From assembly GCA_004764695.1 (NCBI GenBank), contig SMSO01000014.1:7398265-7462264 (forward strand): DNA of 64,000 nucleotides. The letters run 5' to 3'. This document shows, in pieces, positions 10,189 through 20,088 of this stretch. This DNA comes from Schizochytrium sp. TIO01 (taxonomy: Eukaryota > Protista > Bigyra: Labyrinthulomycetes). How positions within the stretch are numbered: the first letter of the stretch is position 1; each line of letters opens with the position of its first letter. A program made the position numbers and the translations under genes. The notes below the pieces were generated by a model. The model saw only the letters and a program-made list of their open reading frames with translations, ran no database searches and had not been told where the DNA came from.

Positions 10189-10647
10189 TTAAGCGGCGGT
10201 CGCGTCTTCGATGATCACCCTTTCCTGCGAGAAAGGCGAGTTTGGGTCACTATCCAGCATCTCACGAATGGCCTTTTCGTCGAGAAGACCCGGGTAAGTT
10301 GCAATCGTGACCTGCAAATCATCGGAATAGTCAATCATTCTCAGATCCCAAAGGAGTTGTCGCACAAACCTCTCGTTATCCAGTCTTATCATAATCTTTT
10401 TGAGATCAGGGGCTTCGTAGACCTCACGGAAAAATTCATGGATAGCTGCATCGTAATAAAGTTCACCTGAGAAAAGCTCATGCTTAGAGATAGTCATTGT
10501 TTCACATCCCCTCATTCTCGTCACGTTCTCCTTGAACATTTCTTCCGTATACTCATCGTCCTCGTTGGGCTCAAACCCGTCGTCACCAATTTCGAATGAA
10601 AGGTGCGGGTGGCAAAAGTTCCCACCTCCAAGAAAATGACAAACCAT
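10189..10647 (-). CDS. Orphan family paralog 1 (152 aa)
   Basis: Aligns end to end with 10969-11427 and 11624-12079 (GG.F...SF.IGD.GF, SGEL.YDA.I, YSDD.QVTIA.YP.LLDEK, SPFSQ.RVIIE). Confidence 0.85.
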   Translation of the reverse strand: MVCHFLGGGNFCHPHLSFEIGDDGFEPNEDDEYTEEMFKENVTRMRGCETMTISKHELFSGELYYDAAIHEFFREVYEAPDLKKIMIRLDNERFVRQLLWDLRMIDYSDDLQVTIATYPGLLDEKAIREMLDSDPNSPFSQERVIIEDATAA

Positions 10648-10680
10648 TGCGTTTTTGTTTGTTTTGTTTGATTGCTTGGT

Positions 10681-10865
10681 TTTTTTCCTGCAAACTTTCT
10701 TCCTTTTCTTCTCGGGCTAGATAATTTGGCAAGGTAATTATTCTTTTCTGCAAACTTTCTTCCTTTTCTTCTCGGGCTGGATAATTTGGCAAGGTAATTA
10801 TTTTTTCTTTCTGCAAACTTTCTTCCTTTTCTTCTCAGGATAGATAATTTGGCAAGGTAATTATT
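10681..10865. repeat. Three tandem ~60-bp units containing GATAATTTGGCAAGGTAATTATT
   Basis: Near-identical units at 10681, 10741 and 10801; single copies of the core at 11508 and 12170 upstream of the other paralogs. Confidence 0.9.
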
Positions 10866-10968
10866 TATTCTTTCTGTTCTTCCTTAATTTCTTCTTTGTT
10901 AAGTAACCTAGCTAAGTCGCATCGGAAATGAAATGAGCGGTGAGAAGGGCCGGGAGGATCTTAGGAGA

Positions 10969-11427
10969 TCACTTAAGTGGTCTTGTTTCAATGATCACCC
11001 TTCCCTGAGAGAAAGGCGAGTTGCTGCCTGTGTACAGCATCTTGCGAATGGTCTTTTCATCGAGAAGACTCGGGTAAGCCGCAATCGTGACCTGCACATC
11101 ATCGGAATATTCAATCATTTTCAGATCCCCAATGAGTTCTTCTAAAAAACTCTCGTCATTCAGTCTTATATAGATCTTTTTGAGTTCAGGGAGTTCGTAG
11201 ACCTCCTGGAAAAATCCTTTGATACCTGCATCATACCAAAGTTCACCTGAGTAAAGGTTGTTCCTGCAGATCAGCATTTCTTTACATTCCCTCATTCTCA
11301 TCACGTTCCGCTGGAAAAGTTCTTCGGGATAATCACCGTACTTGTCGAGCTCAAACCCTTCGTCGCCAATTTGGAATGAAAAGAGTGGGAATCCAAAGTT
11401 TCCGCCTTGAAGAACATGGTAAACCAT
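10969..11427 (-). CDS. Orphan family paralog 2 (152 aa)
   Basis: Full-length homology to both neighbours; intact frame despite divergence. Confidence 0.85.
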   Translation of the reverse strand: MVYHVLQGGNFGFPLFSFQIGDEGFELDKYGDYPEELFQRNVMRMRECKEMLICRNNLYSGELWYDAGIKGFFQEVYELPELKKIYIRLNDESFLEELIGDLKMIEYSDDVQVTIAAYPSLLDEKTIRKMLYTGSNSPFSQGRVIIETRPLK

Positions 11428-11623
11428 CGTGTTTGTTTGTTTGTTTGTTTGTTTGTTTGTTTTTCCTAGTTTTTCTACAAACTCCTTCTCCTTTTCTTCT
11501 TAGGGTAGATAATTTGGCAAGGTGATTATTCTTTCTATAAAGTTTTTTTTCTTACTTCTTTTCTTTGTTATGTAACCTAGCTAAGTTGCATTGAAATGAA
11601 TGAATGAGTGGTGAGGAGATCAC

Positions 11624-12079
11624 TTAAGCGGTCTTGTTTTCAATGATCACTCTTTCCTGGGAGAAAGGCGAGTCGTTGCCTCTATACAGCATCTTGCGAA
11701 TGGTCTTTTCATCGAGAAGACCAGGGTAAGCTGCAATTGTGACCTGCAAATCATCGGAGTATTCAATCATTTTCAGATCATCAAGGAGTTCTTGTACAAA
11801 ACTCTCGTCATCCAGGCCTATCCAGATCTTTTTGAGTCTAGGGAGTTCGTAGACCCCCTCGAAAAATTCTTTGATACCCGCATCATACGAAAGTTCACCT
11901 GAGTAAAGGCGGTTCCTAAAGATCAGCATTTCTTCACATTCCATCATCCTCCCCACGTTCTGCCGGAAAAGTCCTTCGGGGTAACCACCGTACTTGTTGA
12001 GCTTGAACCCTTCGTCACCAATTTGGAATGAAAAGATCGGATGGCTGAAGGTTCCGCCTTGAAGAACATGATAAACCAT
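11624..12079 (-). CDS. Orphan family paralog 3 (151 aa)
   Basis: Full-length homology to both neighbours. Confidence 0.85.
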   Translation of the reverse strand: MVYHVLQGGTFSHPIFSFQIGDEGFKLNKYGGYPEGLFRQNVGRMMECEEMLIFRNRLYSGELSYDAGIKEFFEGVYELPRLKKIWIGLDDESFVQELLDDLKMIEYSDDLQVTIAAYPGLLDEKTIRKMLYRGNDSPFSQERVIIENKTA

Positions 12080-12373
12080 CGCGTTTGCTTGTTTGTTTGT
12101 TTGTTTTCCTTTTCCTCTTTTCTGTTTGTTCCTTTTTTTCTGTAAACTTTCTCTTTCCTTCTCAGGGTAGATAATTTGGCGAGGTGATTATTCTTTCTGT
12201 ATTCCTTTTACCTATTCCATTTTCCCAAGGTTCTTCAATTTACCTATTGTTTCTCTTTTTTGTTGTTTGGTGGAAGAAAAACAAATAAAAATAATATCAA
12301 TTTTCCCTGGGTAAACACAACCAAAAAAAGGGGGCAAAGGAATTTATAGAGAAAGAAGAAAAACCAACAAAAC

Positions 12374-13042
12374 ATGCTAAAGAGTTGGATAAAACAAAAT
12401 AATAATACTCGTAAAAGGGGCAATAACAATATTAAAAGAAGCTTCACTCTGCCCCTCTCAAGCAGCAAACCTGGTGAAGAGGAATACATCCCTCTCGCTC
12501 TGGCCAACGCGGGCGGCGGAGACTGCCTCTTCTTCGCGTACGGCTCGGCGCTGCGGCAGGCCTTCCCAGGGCGCGACAGAGAGCACTTCGAGCCTGCTGC
12601 ACTGCGGCGCGCGGTGGCCAGTCAGCTCGAGGAGGAACACTTCGATTTCTACAGGAATGTCGCATCCGCGGATCCTGACTCCTCCTCCTGGGCCCGCGAC
12701 CTGAAGGACCTCGAGGACATGAAGGCGCGCGTGCTGCGCCGCTCGTACTGGGGTGACCAGCTGTCTCTGCTGCTCCTGGAGAAGTACTTCGGCGTGCGCA
12801 GCGTCGTGATCCGCTTCGATCGGGGCGAACCTCCTCATGTGGCGCCTTACTCAGGCCTTGGCATGCCTGAGCTGCCTCCTCATGGCTTCGTTGTGCTCTC
12901 GCTGCGAGGCCAGCATTATGAAGTGATAGTCGGCGAGCAAGGGCAGGCCTGGCACGAATCGAGAACGAGTGCTAAAGACCTGGCCTCTCTCGTGCTTCGC
13001 AGAGGTTGGATGAACCATCGATTCGATACACAGTCACCTTAG
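12374..13042 (+). CDS. OTU-like cysteine protease (deubiquitinase)
   Basis: GGGDCLFFA (catalytic Cys), WGDQLSL, GQHYE (catalytic His). Confidence 0.85.
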   Translation: MLKSWIKQNNNTRKRGNNNIKRSFTLPLSSSKPGEEEYIPLALANAGGGDCLFFAYGSALRQAFPGRDREHFEPAALRRAVASQLEEEHFDFYRNVASADPDSSSWARDLKDLEDMKARVLRRSYWGDQLSLLLLEKYFGVRSVVIRFDRGEPPHVAPYSGLGMPELPPHGFVVLSLRGQHYEVIVGEQGQAWHESRTSAKDLASLVLRRGWMNHRFDTQSP

Positions 13043-13092
13043 TAATAATATATATTTCAAAAAGGTCCAAAAAGCAAAGCAAAGCAATTTAG

Positions 13093-13290
13093 TTAGTTGA
13101 ATCGATAGACAAACACGATAGCACCGAAGGCGACCAAAGCTAAAATCAACAAACCTCCGGCAATCAAAGATTCGGTCACTTTAGAACTCTTACTCGCTAC
13201 CGGATTTGTCACTTCTCCGTAGACTGTAGGATCACTCGTGGTGGTGGCTGAACTGCTTGCTGCGGCGGCAACTGTTGTCGAGGATTCCAT
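13093..13290 (-). CDS. Small single-pass membrane protein
   Basis: 65 aa; Ser/Thr-rich N-terminus and hydrophobic LIAGGLLILALVAFGAIVFVY. Confidence 0.6.
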   Translation of the reverse strand: MESSTTVAAAASSSATTTSDPTVYGEVTNPVASKSSKVTESLIAGGLLILALVAFGAIVFVYRFN

Positions 13291-13449
13291 CTTACTTTAC
13301 GTTGCCTTTTTTTCCCGGGTTCTTCTTCTTCGAACTACAGAAAAGCTAACTGCAAAAGGGAGAGGAGGGAGGTAGTATCCTTTTCTTTTCTATCTCTCTA
13401 CCTGTATAGACATTTCTTTTGGTTGTTGTTACCGGTAACTAAAAGGGAA

Positions 13450-14364
13450 ATGAAGGAAGGCGAAAAGGGAACTTTGCAATTGTTTGCTTCGCTGCTGCTA
13501 GGTCTGGCTGCATCCGTAGGCACACTCGGTTTTGCTTACTGGCTCGTGAGAATGTACTACCTGCCCGAGGGCGACCAGAATGCAAATGTCTTAGATGTCG
13601 AAGGAAGCCACGCAGCGATTCCTGCGGATACCGAGGTGCCCATCACCGTCGTGAATTTCCTGCATGACGATTCAGAAGGCGCGCCTTTCACGAGAAATAG
13701 AGCGAGGCAGGAAAGACTCGCTTTGCAATTGGGCGCCTCCCGCGTGGAGCATTATAACATGCAGAGACTGCAAACCTCGCTAGTTGAGGAAGACGGCCAG
13801 AGAGTCGCAGAGTTTATCCAGGACAACCCTCGCGGAGCTGGCTACTGGACCTGGAAACCCATCATCATTGCTGACACTTTGGCTACCTTGAAAGAAGGCG
13901 AGGTGCTCATTTACATGGACTGTGGCTCTTTCGCGCGCAAGCCTCTAAGGGGACTCGCGGATCGCACAGCGGGCTCCTCAACGGGAATTGTTGTGATGAC
14001 CTCTGTTTATCCAGTGGCAAGCACAGTGCGCGCAGATGTGGGAGAGCATGTGAGCGGCCGCAGCGACTTTTGCAAGGTCTGGGCAGACCGGCCGTCCATC
14101 CAGGCAACAATTGTGGTTATCCGAAAGACCCCGGCGAGCGAGGAAATTATCAAGCAGTGGGCCAAACTCGCGGTGAATGATCCGTGGCTCTTCACGGATA
14201 ACTTCAAGCCCTGCGGCGCCGGCTTTCTGGAACACAGGCACGACCAGGCAGTTCTGCAGGCGCTTCTGCTGGCTAGAGACGATTCGGGGAGTTATATGGT
14301 ACATCCTTCTGAGTTATTGCGAGCTAATGGCTATCATCATCATTATCCGGGGCGAGCCCTCTAA
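13450..14364 (+). CDS. Type II membrane glycosyltransferase-like protein
   Basis: N-terminal TM; RGAGYWTWKP, YMDCG (DxD-like) and EHRHDQ motifs of a GT-A-like family found in bacteria and giant viruses; overlaps the convergent primase gene by 41 bp. Confidence 0.7.
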   Translation: MKEGEKGTLQLFASLLLGLAASVGTLGFAYWLVRMYYLPEGDQNANVLDVEGSHAAIPADTEVPITVVNFLHDDSEGAPFTRNRARQERLALQLGASRVEHYNMQRLQTSLVEEDGQRVAEFIQDNPRGAGYWTWKPIIIADTLATLKEGEVLIYMDCGSFARKPLRGLADRTAGSSTGIVVMTSVYPVASTVRADVGEHVSGRSDFCKVWADRPSIQATIVVIRKTPASEEIIKQWAKLAVNDPWLFTDNFKPCGAGFLEHRHDQAVLQALLLARDDSGSYMVHPSELLRANGYHHHYPGRAL

Positions 14365-17300
14365 ATTCATCTATGCGTGTGGAAAACACGTGGATCAGAT
14401 TGCTCTTCTGGGCATCAATGTAGCCCTGCATGACCTTGGACTGCCGCTGTACGTAAGAAAAGCCGTCCTGTCCACCGGTTGCAGGGGTGACCGGCTCAAA
14501 CAGGGTGGGAATGGCTAGGTCCCACATCATTTTTCTCTCTTCGACCTTTTTCTTAATCGAGCCCTTGTACGTGTTTGCAAAGAAACGGTTCTTGGATTTT
14601 TGCTCTTCGCACAGTCCGCGCAGGTCGGAGAGCACTTCCTGGATTTCCTGCTGGCCTCCGTGGAGATTTAGGAATGGGGTGCACTTGGCGTCTTCGGCAA
14701 TCCACTGGTTTACAATCTCCGAGGCTTTGTGGTAGATGGAAAGGCGGCCCTTCTCGAGACGCTCGGCCCGCTCGCGCTCCACCAAAGAGCCCATGAGCAG
14801 CTTCGCGATCGTGCGAGAAGGCACATCAAAGGTGGCGACCTTGCAGCCCGGGTGCTGCGTGCATACCCCTGCTTGCTGCTTGCTGAGCGGCACACCCAGG
14901 ACCTCCCGCAGCACGCGCCGAGTTACAGCAAGCTTCCAGGGATTTTCGGGATCAGCCTTGACCACTTCCTTGAAGACCAAATCGAATTCCTCGCACAATC
15001 TATGCAAGTGAAACACAGCTACGTCGCTTCTTTCTTTAGAAGGACAGCTGTGCACTTCGACCTTGTCCAAATTAATCGCCTTGCTGATTACATGATGATG
15101 AGGCGGCGGCGGCGGCACAGCAGCAGGAATGGCAGCAGCACCAACGGCACCAGCGGCATTGCCACCTTCGTCCAATTCTGATGCCGCCATTGCTATCTGT
15201 TCTTCTTCTTCTTCTTCTTCTTCTTCTTCTTCCTCCTGCGACGGCTGCTGAGTAAACAATTCCTCCTGCTGGGTAAAGAAATCGTCATCATAATTCTCCT
15301 GCTGCTCTTGCTGCTCTTGCTGCTGCGGGGGCTCTTGCTGCTGTAGTATGGGATCCTCCTCAGTACCGGCGGCTTCTTCGTCTTGCTCGATTTCTCTAAA
15401 GGCCTCTGGGGGGCTGCCGAGCACCTCCAGGTAATCGATGAGCACGCGGCGCTTCTTCTTGACTTGGTCGTAGTTCTCGTGCCAGATCTGCACACCCTCG
15501 AGCTCCTGGCCTCGCTGAAGATACTCTACAGGGTTCGTAGGAATCGAGGCCTCATTAGCTTTGAGCTGCAGGTCTTCCTTGGTGGAAAGCAGCAAATCGG
15601 CGAGCATTTGAATCTTCCGCAGACCTCCTAGCTGTTCTATGTGCCTTAGCAGCTCCTCGGCCGCGTCAGGGTCATTCAAGCCCTTGTAGAAGTAGCGCGC
15701 CAACTCGAGAGAAGTCTTGTAGCCCCGAGAAATAATAGTGTCGTCCTCTGGATGCTCCCTGACGTGCTCCAGATAACCAGCCACTTCCGAGCTGCGGGAA
15801 TGTTCGGTGATGTTCATGTAGCGCCCAAAACGGAACTGGGTAGACACCTCGCGGTCATAGGAAGAATCGGTGTCGGTCTGCACGAACATGCGCGCCTGCC
15901 GAGGGTCAATATAGTTGCTGAGGATTTGCATGAGGAAAGTGCGAAGGTAATCCGCATTTGACAGTCTCTTCTGGTAACGCACTCGCTCCAAGACAAAGGA
16001 AGTCATCGCAGCTGCGTAAATCCTTGTGGTCTTGGCGCCCCGCGGGAGAGGCGGCGGCGCCTCGCACTCAGGAATCTCAAAGCCTCCCGAATTGATCTCG
16101 ACCATTTCAACAGAGCTTAAACCGTCGGTCTCGTGAACAGTGATGTTCGTGTGCAAGTAAATGGACACGCGCCCACTGCGGGGAGCGCGCACACGCGCTA
16201 GCAACTGCATGACGTTGCGCGGCGTCACCTCCTGGCTCCCAATAAACACCATGGTCTCCTCAAAGTGATTCGCACTGTAATCGAGCCCTGCTCCCAGCAC
16301 TGAATTCACAATCAAGACGCGGTAGTTCTCCCAGGATTTTGTATCCGCCATAGACTCCTTCGTCTTCTCCGTGTCGTCTCCTGTGATGGCCTTGACGGCA
16401 TAAACATCACTGACGTCCTGGAAGCCCAGCCGAACGTGCACAAACTCGACGAACCAGGCCTCAAGGGCGCGGCATTGGTGCTTGCCGGGGCACACGATGA
16501 AGAGGTTCTTACCTTCCCTGAGGACCGTTTCAGCGCGCTGGAACCACTGGCACATGTAAGGCACGAGGCAGTACACACGCATGTAGGGAGAGAGCCGGTT
16601 AATGTGCACGCGAAAGTAGTTCTGCTGCCGCGGAGGCCGCAGGCTCTCAATCCACTGCGCGGCTGTGTCGTCCATGTCTGCGTCAGAGAAAATCACCACT
16701 TTGGCCTTGCGGATCAGCTCAATCATGATATAAAGCGTCACTTCCCTGTGCTCGCTGAGCGTTTCACTCACGACGTGGCTCATCAGAGAGGTAAATTCGT
16801 CCAGGACCACCACGTCGTACTCCAGCCTGCCAATCATCGCGCGCTCGACAGTTCCGTCCTCCAGCACGACCGCCTCCGGAGTGAAGATATGGCGCAGCGA
16901 GTCAAGCTGAATCGAGAGGCGGGGCTCCGTCAGGGCCGCGCGGTCGATGCGGCCATCCTTGCGGTAGTTCACCAGGCCCAGGCGGCTAGCCAGCGCAGCG
17001 GCCAGCATGCGGCGAAAGCTGATGGACAAGACAGAGGCCTCTTCGGGAAGCTCCTCGATGACCTTGGCGATTAACTCCGTCTTGCCTGTGCCCATGGAGC
17101 TCCAGAGGACCAGTGTGGAGGGCCCCAGCAGCGGGCTGGTCGGCTCGCCGCCCCTGCGTTGCGGGCCGAAGATCTGCGAGAGGTCGGCAATGTCGTGAAA
17201 GCGCCGCTCCTCCAGGGGCTCCAGTCTGTAAATGTGGTGGTAAGGCGCAAACTTGCGCAGCGCGCCGATGCCCATGGCCACCTTAGACACCGGCATCCGA

Positions 17301-19348
17301 GCGGGCCTCACGACAGTTTCGTTTTCCAGCCTTTCAACCTGCTGGGCCAGCATGCTGCTCCTCGTGGGGTCTGTGTCTGGCACCAAAAAGCTGTTGTTCT
17401 TCGAGGCGTGGAAGGTGAAGGAGCGCTTGCTGCCGCACTTGAAGCAGTAGAGCTCGAGGTCCATGGATGCAGTGAGGGTCAGTTTGTGCATGTTCGTGTT
17501 ATTCTCACTCTGGCAGAACAAACAGAAACGAAAGCCGGTTTCTACGCAGTGGAAACGCACGATGGCGCACATACCCACGCCTCCCTCGAGCCCGTGGAAA
17601 GCAACATTCGGCGCGTAGTCCACTTTACCGTCGGCCTTGACCGCTTCCAGGATCCCCTTGAGGCTCCGGAGAAGATAGTTGCGCAGGTACCTAGCTTTGT
17701 TCAGACGAACAAAGTTGCCTGCGACCACGCGGGCCAGCATGAGGTTCTCCAGGTTCCCCACACTCTGCATATTGTCCTCGTCAACTCCGGTGTGCTCGTT
17801 TCGCAACTGGAAGAGCGCCTGCCAGATGTGCGCCTTCTGCGGGTCGCCGCGCCTCCCGTTCGACTCCCAGACCAATGCGTTCATAGTTTTAATGATTCGT
17901 CTGGCCGGTGGGCAGTAGCCGAGCTCGTTTACATTATTGCAGCATTTGCGAATGTACTCAAACCCGGTTTTCTTCGCTTCGTCGGGCACCTTGATCACGC
18001 GCGGGTTTGAACAGAGCTGCGGGTAAAAATGCACTACGCTGTGGTGCCAGGGGCGCTGCAAGTCACCCGATCGGACGGGCTTGAGAAAGCGGAGGTAATC
18101 CTTGGCCTTGGCGCCCTGCAGCTTCTGCCGCACCACTTGGAAGCCATCATCAGCCTTGGCGCACCCTGGAAGACGGAACTCGCGTTTACCTTTCGAGTAA
18201 ATCACAACGTCCATCAGGCAGCCCAGCTTGAAGATACTCCAAGGATTAGAAGCAGCAGAGGCAGAGGCAGAATCAGCAGCAGAGGCAGAAGCAGCAGAAG
18301 CAGGATTATTGATCCTCTTGTACTTGCGGAAGTGGAAGCACCGCCGGAAGATCTCAAGGTGGCCGTGGCAGATCCCTGAAGTCTCAGCGGAAACGGCGAT
18401 TTCTCTGGTCACGATCTTGAGCATCATAGCAGTAATCACCGCGGCGGCCTGCCGCAGGACCTCGCGGTTGGGGAAGCCCGCCTCGCACCCCACAATGGCG
18501 TGGAAGGAGATCTTGGGCTCCTTCGCATAGTACTGGGGCCGGTTGCTCTCCAGGATGAGGAAATCGTCTGCGGCCAGCTGCAGAGGGGCTCCGTCTCGAT
18601 CAGTCATCGTCTCGTTCATGATCATCACGGCAAGGCGGCAGAGCGTGGTGACAGAAATGCGAATATCCTCGTAGCTAAGTGGCAGGTCATCCCTCAGAGA
18701 GCGCACGCGCATGTCCTCTGAATCAACGTCTACGTCAATATCAAAGTGCATCTTGCACGCTTCGTAAGACTGGATGATCTCGTTGTAGTTCCGCAGAAAG
18801 GGCGGCGTGCTGGCTACAACCAGGCAAAGGTCGCGCGGGCCCAGCAGCGGCATGAAGCGGTGCGCAACGTGGTTCCCTATAAATCCGTTCACCGCAAGGA
18901 AAAGCACGTGCGTGTCTCTGCGGGCGTCATACTCTTCTTCGCCGTAAGCGGAGTGCAGCTTGTAGTGCCGCCGGAGCTCCGCAAGTTTGGTCTTGAACCT
19001 GGAAATAAGCGTGGCGTCTGTATCTGCGAGACCTCTGTCGCTGTCTTCCACCGGGAAACGCGCCAAAATCATCGACAGGTCCCCCTGCTCGCTCATCTTG
19101 CCGTGCAGGGACCGCAGGCGCGCGTCGTTCATCGAGTCGAAGGAACTCACAAGCTCGCGAAGGGCGTACACAGAAGCATTCTGGCGCCGCTTGAGCTTAG
19201 GAAGGGGCCACGAAACCAGCGTGCTATCGCAAGCCCTTTCCATATCGCTAAAACCAAAGGCCTGGTCAATGGAAATGCTCTTGATCGCATCATTGATCCG
19301 AAGAGCGCGGTCAATGCGCCTTTGCTCACGCTCGGCCTCAGTAATCAT
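14324..19348 (-). CDS. Archaeo-eukaryotic primase + Zn finger + UL9-like (origin-binding) SF2 helicase fusion
   Basis: AEP motifs HFDIDVD, SFHAIV, DVVIYSK..EFRLP; CxxC...CxxC (FCLFC, CFKC); helicase SMGTGKT, SISFRRMLA, QLDSL, VLDEF, SDAD, GAGLDY, QLLARVR; first ATG at 19348. Confidence 0.88.
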   Translation of the reverse strand: MITEAEREQRRIDRALRINDAIKSISIDQAFGFSDMERACDSTLVSWPLPKLKRRQNASVYALRELVSSFDSMNDARLRSLHGKMSEQGDLSMILARFPVEDSDRGLADTDATLISRFKTKLAELRRHYKLHSAYGEEEYDARRDTHVLFLAVNGFIGNHVAHRFMPLLGPRDLCLVVASTPPFLRNYNEIIQSYEACKMHFDIDVDVDSEDMRVRSLRDDLPLSYEDIRISVTTLCRLAVMIMNETMTDRDGAPLQLAADDFLILESNRPQYYAKEPKISFHAIVGCEAGFPNREVLRQAAAVITAMMLKIVTREIAVSAETSGICHGHLEIFRRCFHFRKYKRINNPASAASASAADSASASAASNPWSIFKLGCLMDVVIYSKGKREFRLPGCAKADDGFQVVRQKLQGAKAKDYLRFLKPVRSGDLQRPWHHSVVHFYPQLCSNPRVIKVPDEAKKTGFEYIRKCCNNVNELGYCPPARRIIKTMNALVWESNGRRGDPQKAHIWQALFQLRNEHTGVDEDNMQSVGNLENLMLARVVAGNFVRLNKARYLRNYLLRSLKGILEAVKADGKVDYAPNVAFHGLEGGVGMCAIVRFHCVETGFRFCLFCQSENNTNMHKLTLTASMDLELYCFKCGSKRSFTFHASKNNSFLVPDTDPTRSSMLAQQVERLENETVVRPARMPVSKVAMGIGALRKFAPYHHIYRLEPLEERRFHDIADLSQIFGPQRRGGEPTSPLLGPSTLVLWSSMGTGKTELIAKVIEELPEEASVLSISFRRMLAAALASRLGLVNYRKDGRIDRAALTEPRLSIQLDSLRHIFTPEAVVLEDGTVERAMIGRLEYDVVVLDEFTSLMSHVVSETLSEHREVTLYIMIELIRKAKVVIFSDADMDDTAAQWIESLRPPRQQNYFRVHINRLSPYMRVYCLVPYMCQWFQRAETVLREGKNLFIVCPGKHQCRALEAWFVEFVHVRLGFQDVSDVYAVKAITGDDTEKTKESMADTKSWENYRVLIVNSVLGAGLDYSANHFEETMVFIGSQEVTPRNVMQLLARVRAPRSGRVSIYLHTNITVHETDGLSSVEMVEINSGGFEIPECEAPPPLPRGAKTTRIYAAAMTSFVLERVRYQKRLSNADYLRTFLMQILSNYIDPRQARMFVQTDTDSSYDREVSTQFRFGRYMNITEHSRSSEVAGYLEHVREHPEDDTIISRGYKTSLELARYFYKGLNDPDAAEELLRHIEQLGGLRKIQMLADLLLSTKEDLQLKANEASIPTNPVEYLQRGQELEGVQIWHENYDQVKKKRRVLIDYLEVLGSPPEAFREIEQDEEAAGTEEDPILQQQEPPQQQEQQEQQENYDDDFFTQQEELFTQQPSQEEEEEEEEEEEEQIAMAASELDEGGNAAGAVGAAAIPAAVPPPPPHHHVISKAINLDKVEVHSCPSKERSDVAVFHLHRLCEEFDLVFKEVVKADPENPWKLAVTRRVLREVLGVPLSKQQAGVCTQHPGCKVATFDVPSRTIAKLLMGSLVERERAERLEKGRLSIYHKASEIVNQWIAEDAKCTPFLNLHGGQQEIQEVLSDLRGLCEEQKSKNRFFANTYKGSIKKKVEERKMMWDLAIPTLFEPVTPATGGQDGFSYVQRQSKVMQGYIDAQKSNLIHVFSTRIDEFRGLAPDNDDDSH

Positions 19349-20088
19349 CAGGAGGGGAGGTTTTTTTCTTCTTCTTGTTGTTTGGTTTGTTTTTAAAATA
19401 AATTTTAGTCTTCTTCTTCTTCTTCTTCTTCTTCTTCTTCTTCTTCTTCTTCTAATGTGATGGACCACTGACTGCTATTACCTTGTTTGAACGAATCAAG
19501 CTTTTTTGATCATCCAACTCAATCTTGATTTTAGTTTTGCTTCGTAGTTTTTTATTTCACAATGGCTTCTTGCGTGTAAATCCAAAAGCAAAATCTAACC
19601 ACGAATCGACCTTTGTTGAAATGCCTATATTGCCAAGGGAGGGCCCCTCTCTAACCGTCTAACCTGTCGAGATCTTCCAACAACTGGAATTATTGTACTT
19701 CCATTTGTACCAATTTTTGTAAGTTTGAAATTGTGGTTTGTTACGGGAAAATATAGTTTTATACTAATTGCGTCATAGTCACAGGAAAACTTTCTGTAAA
19801 TATACACCACCCCGCAAAACTTTGTACTTCCATGTGCTCCAAGGGTCTGGAGCTTTTGGTAGACCAGATCGACCAAACGGTTTGCCAGAGTTCGGAGCAG
19901 AGCTGTTCGTGAAGAGCGATTTAGAAAAAAACGAGAAGGAAATCGGATAACTCCAGACTTTTTGATCTTTTTGGCTTCTCCAGATCCCAAACCGGAAATC
20001 CAGAGCTCTTTAGCATCGCATTTTCCTTTAAAGATAGTTTCACGAGTTCTCACATCTAGACATACGAAAGAAATAGTACGTAGAAACA

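Noticed and set aside
10681-10865. CRISPR-like array
   Set aside because: Units are near-identical over their whole length with no unique spacers; no cas genes; eukaryotic context
14487-19460. Many plus-strand ORFs of 60-280 aa
   Set aside because: Antisense shadows of the GC-rich primase-helicase gene
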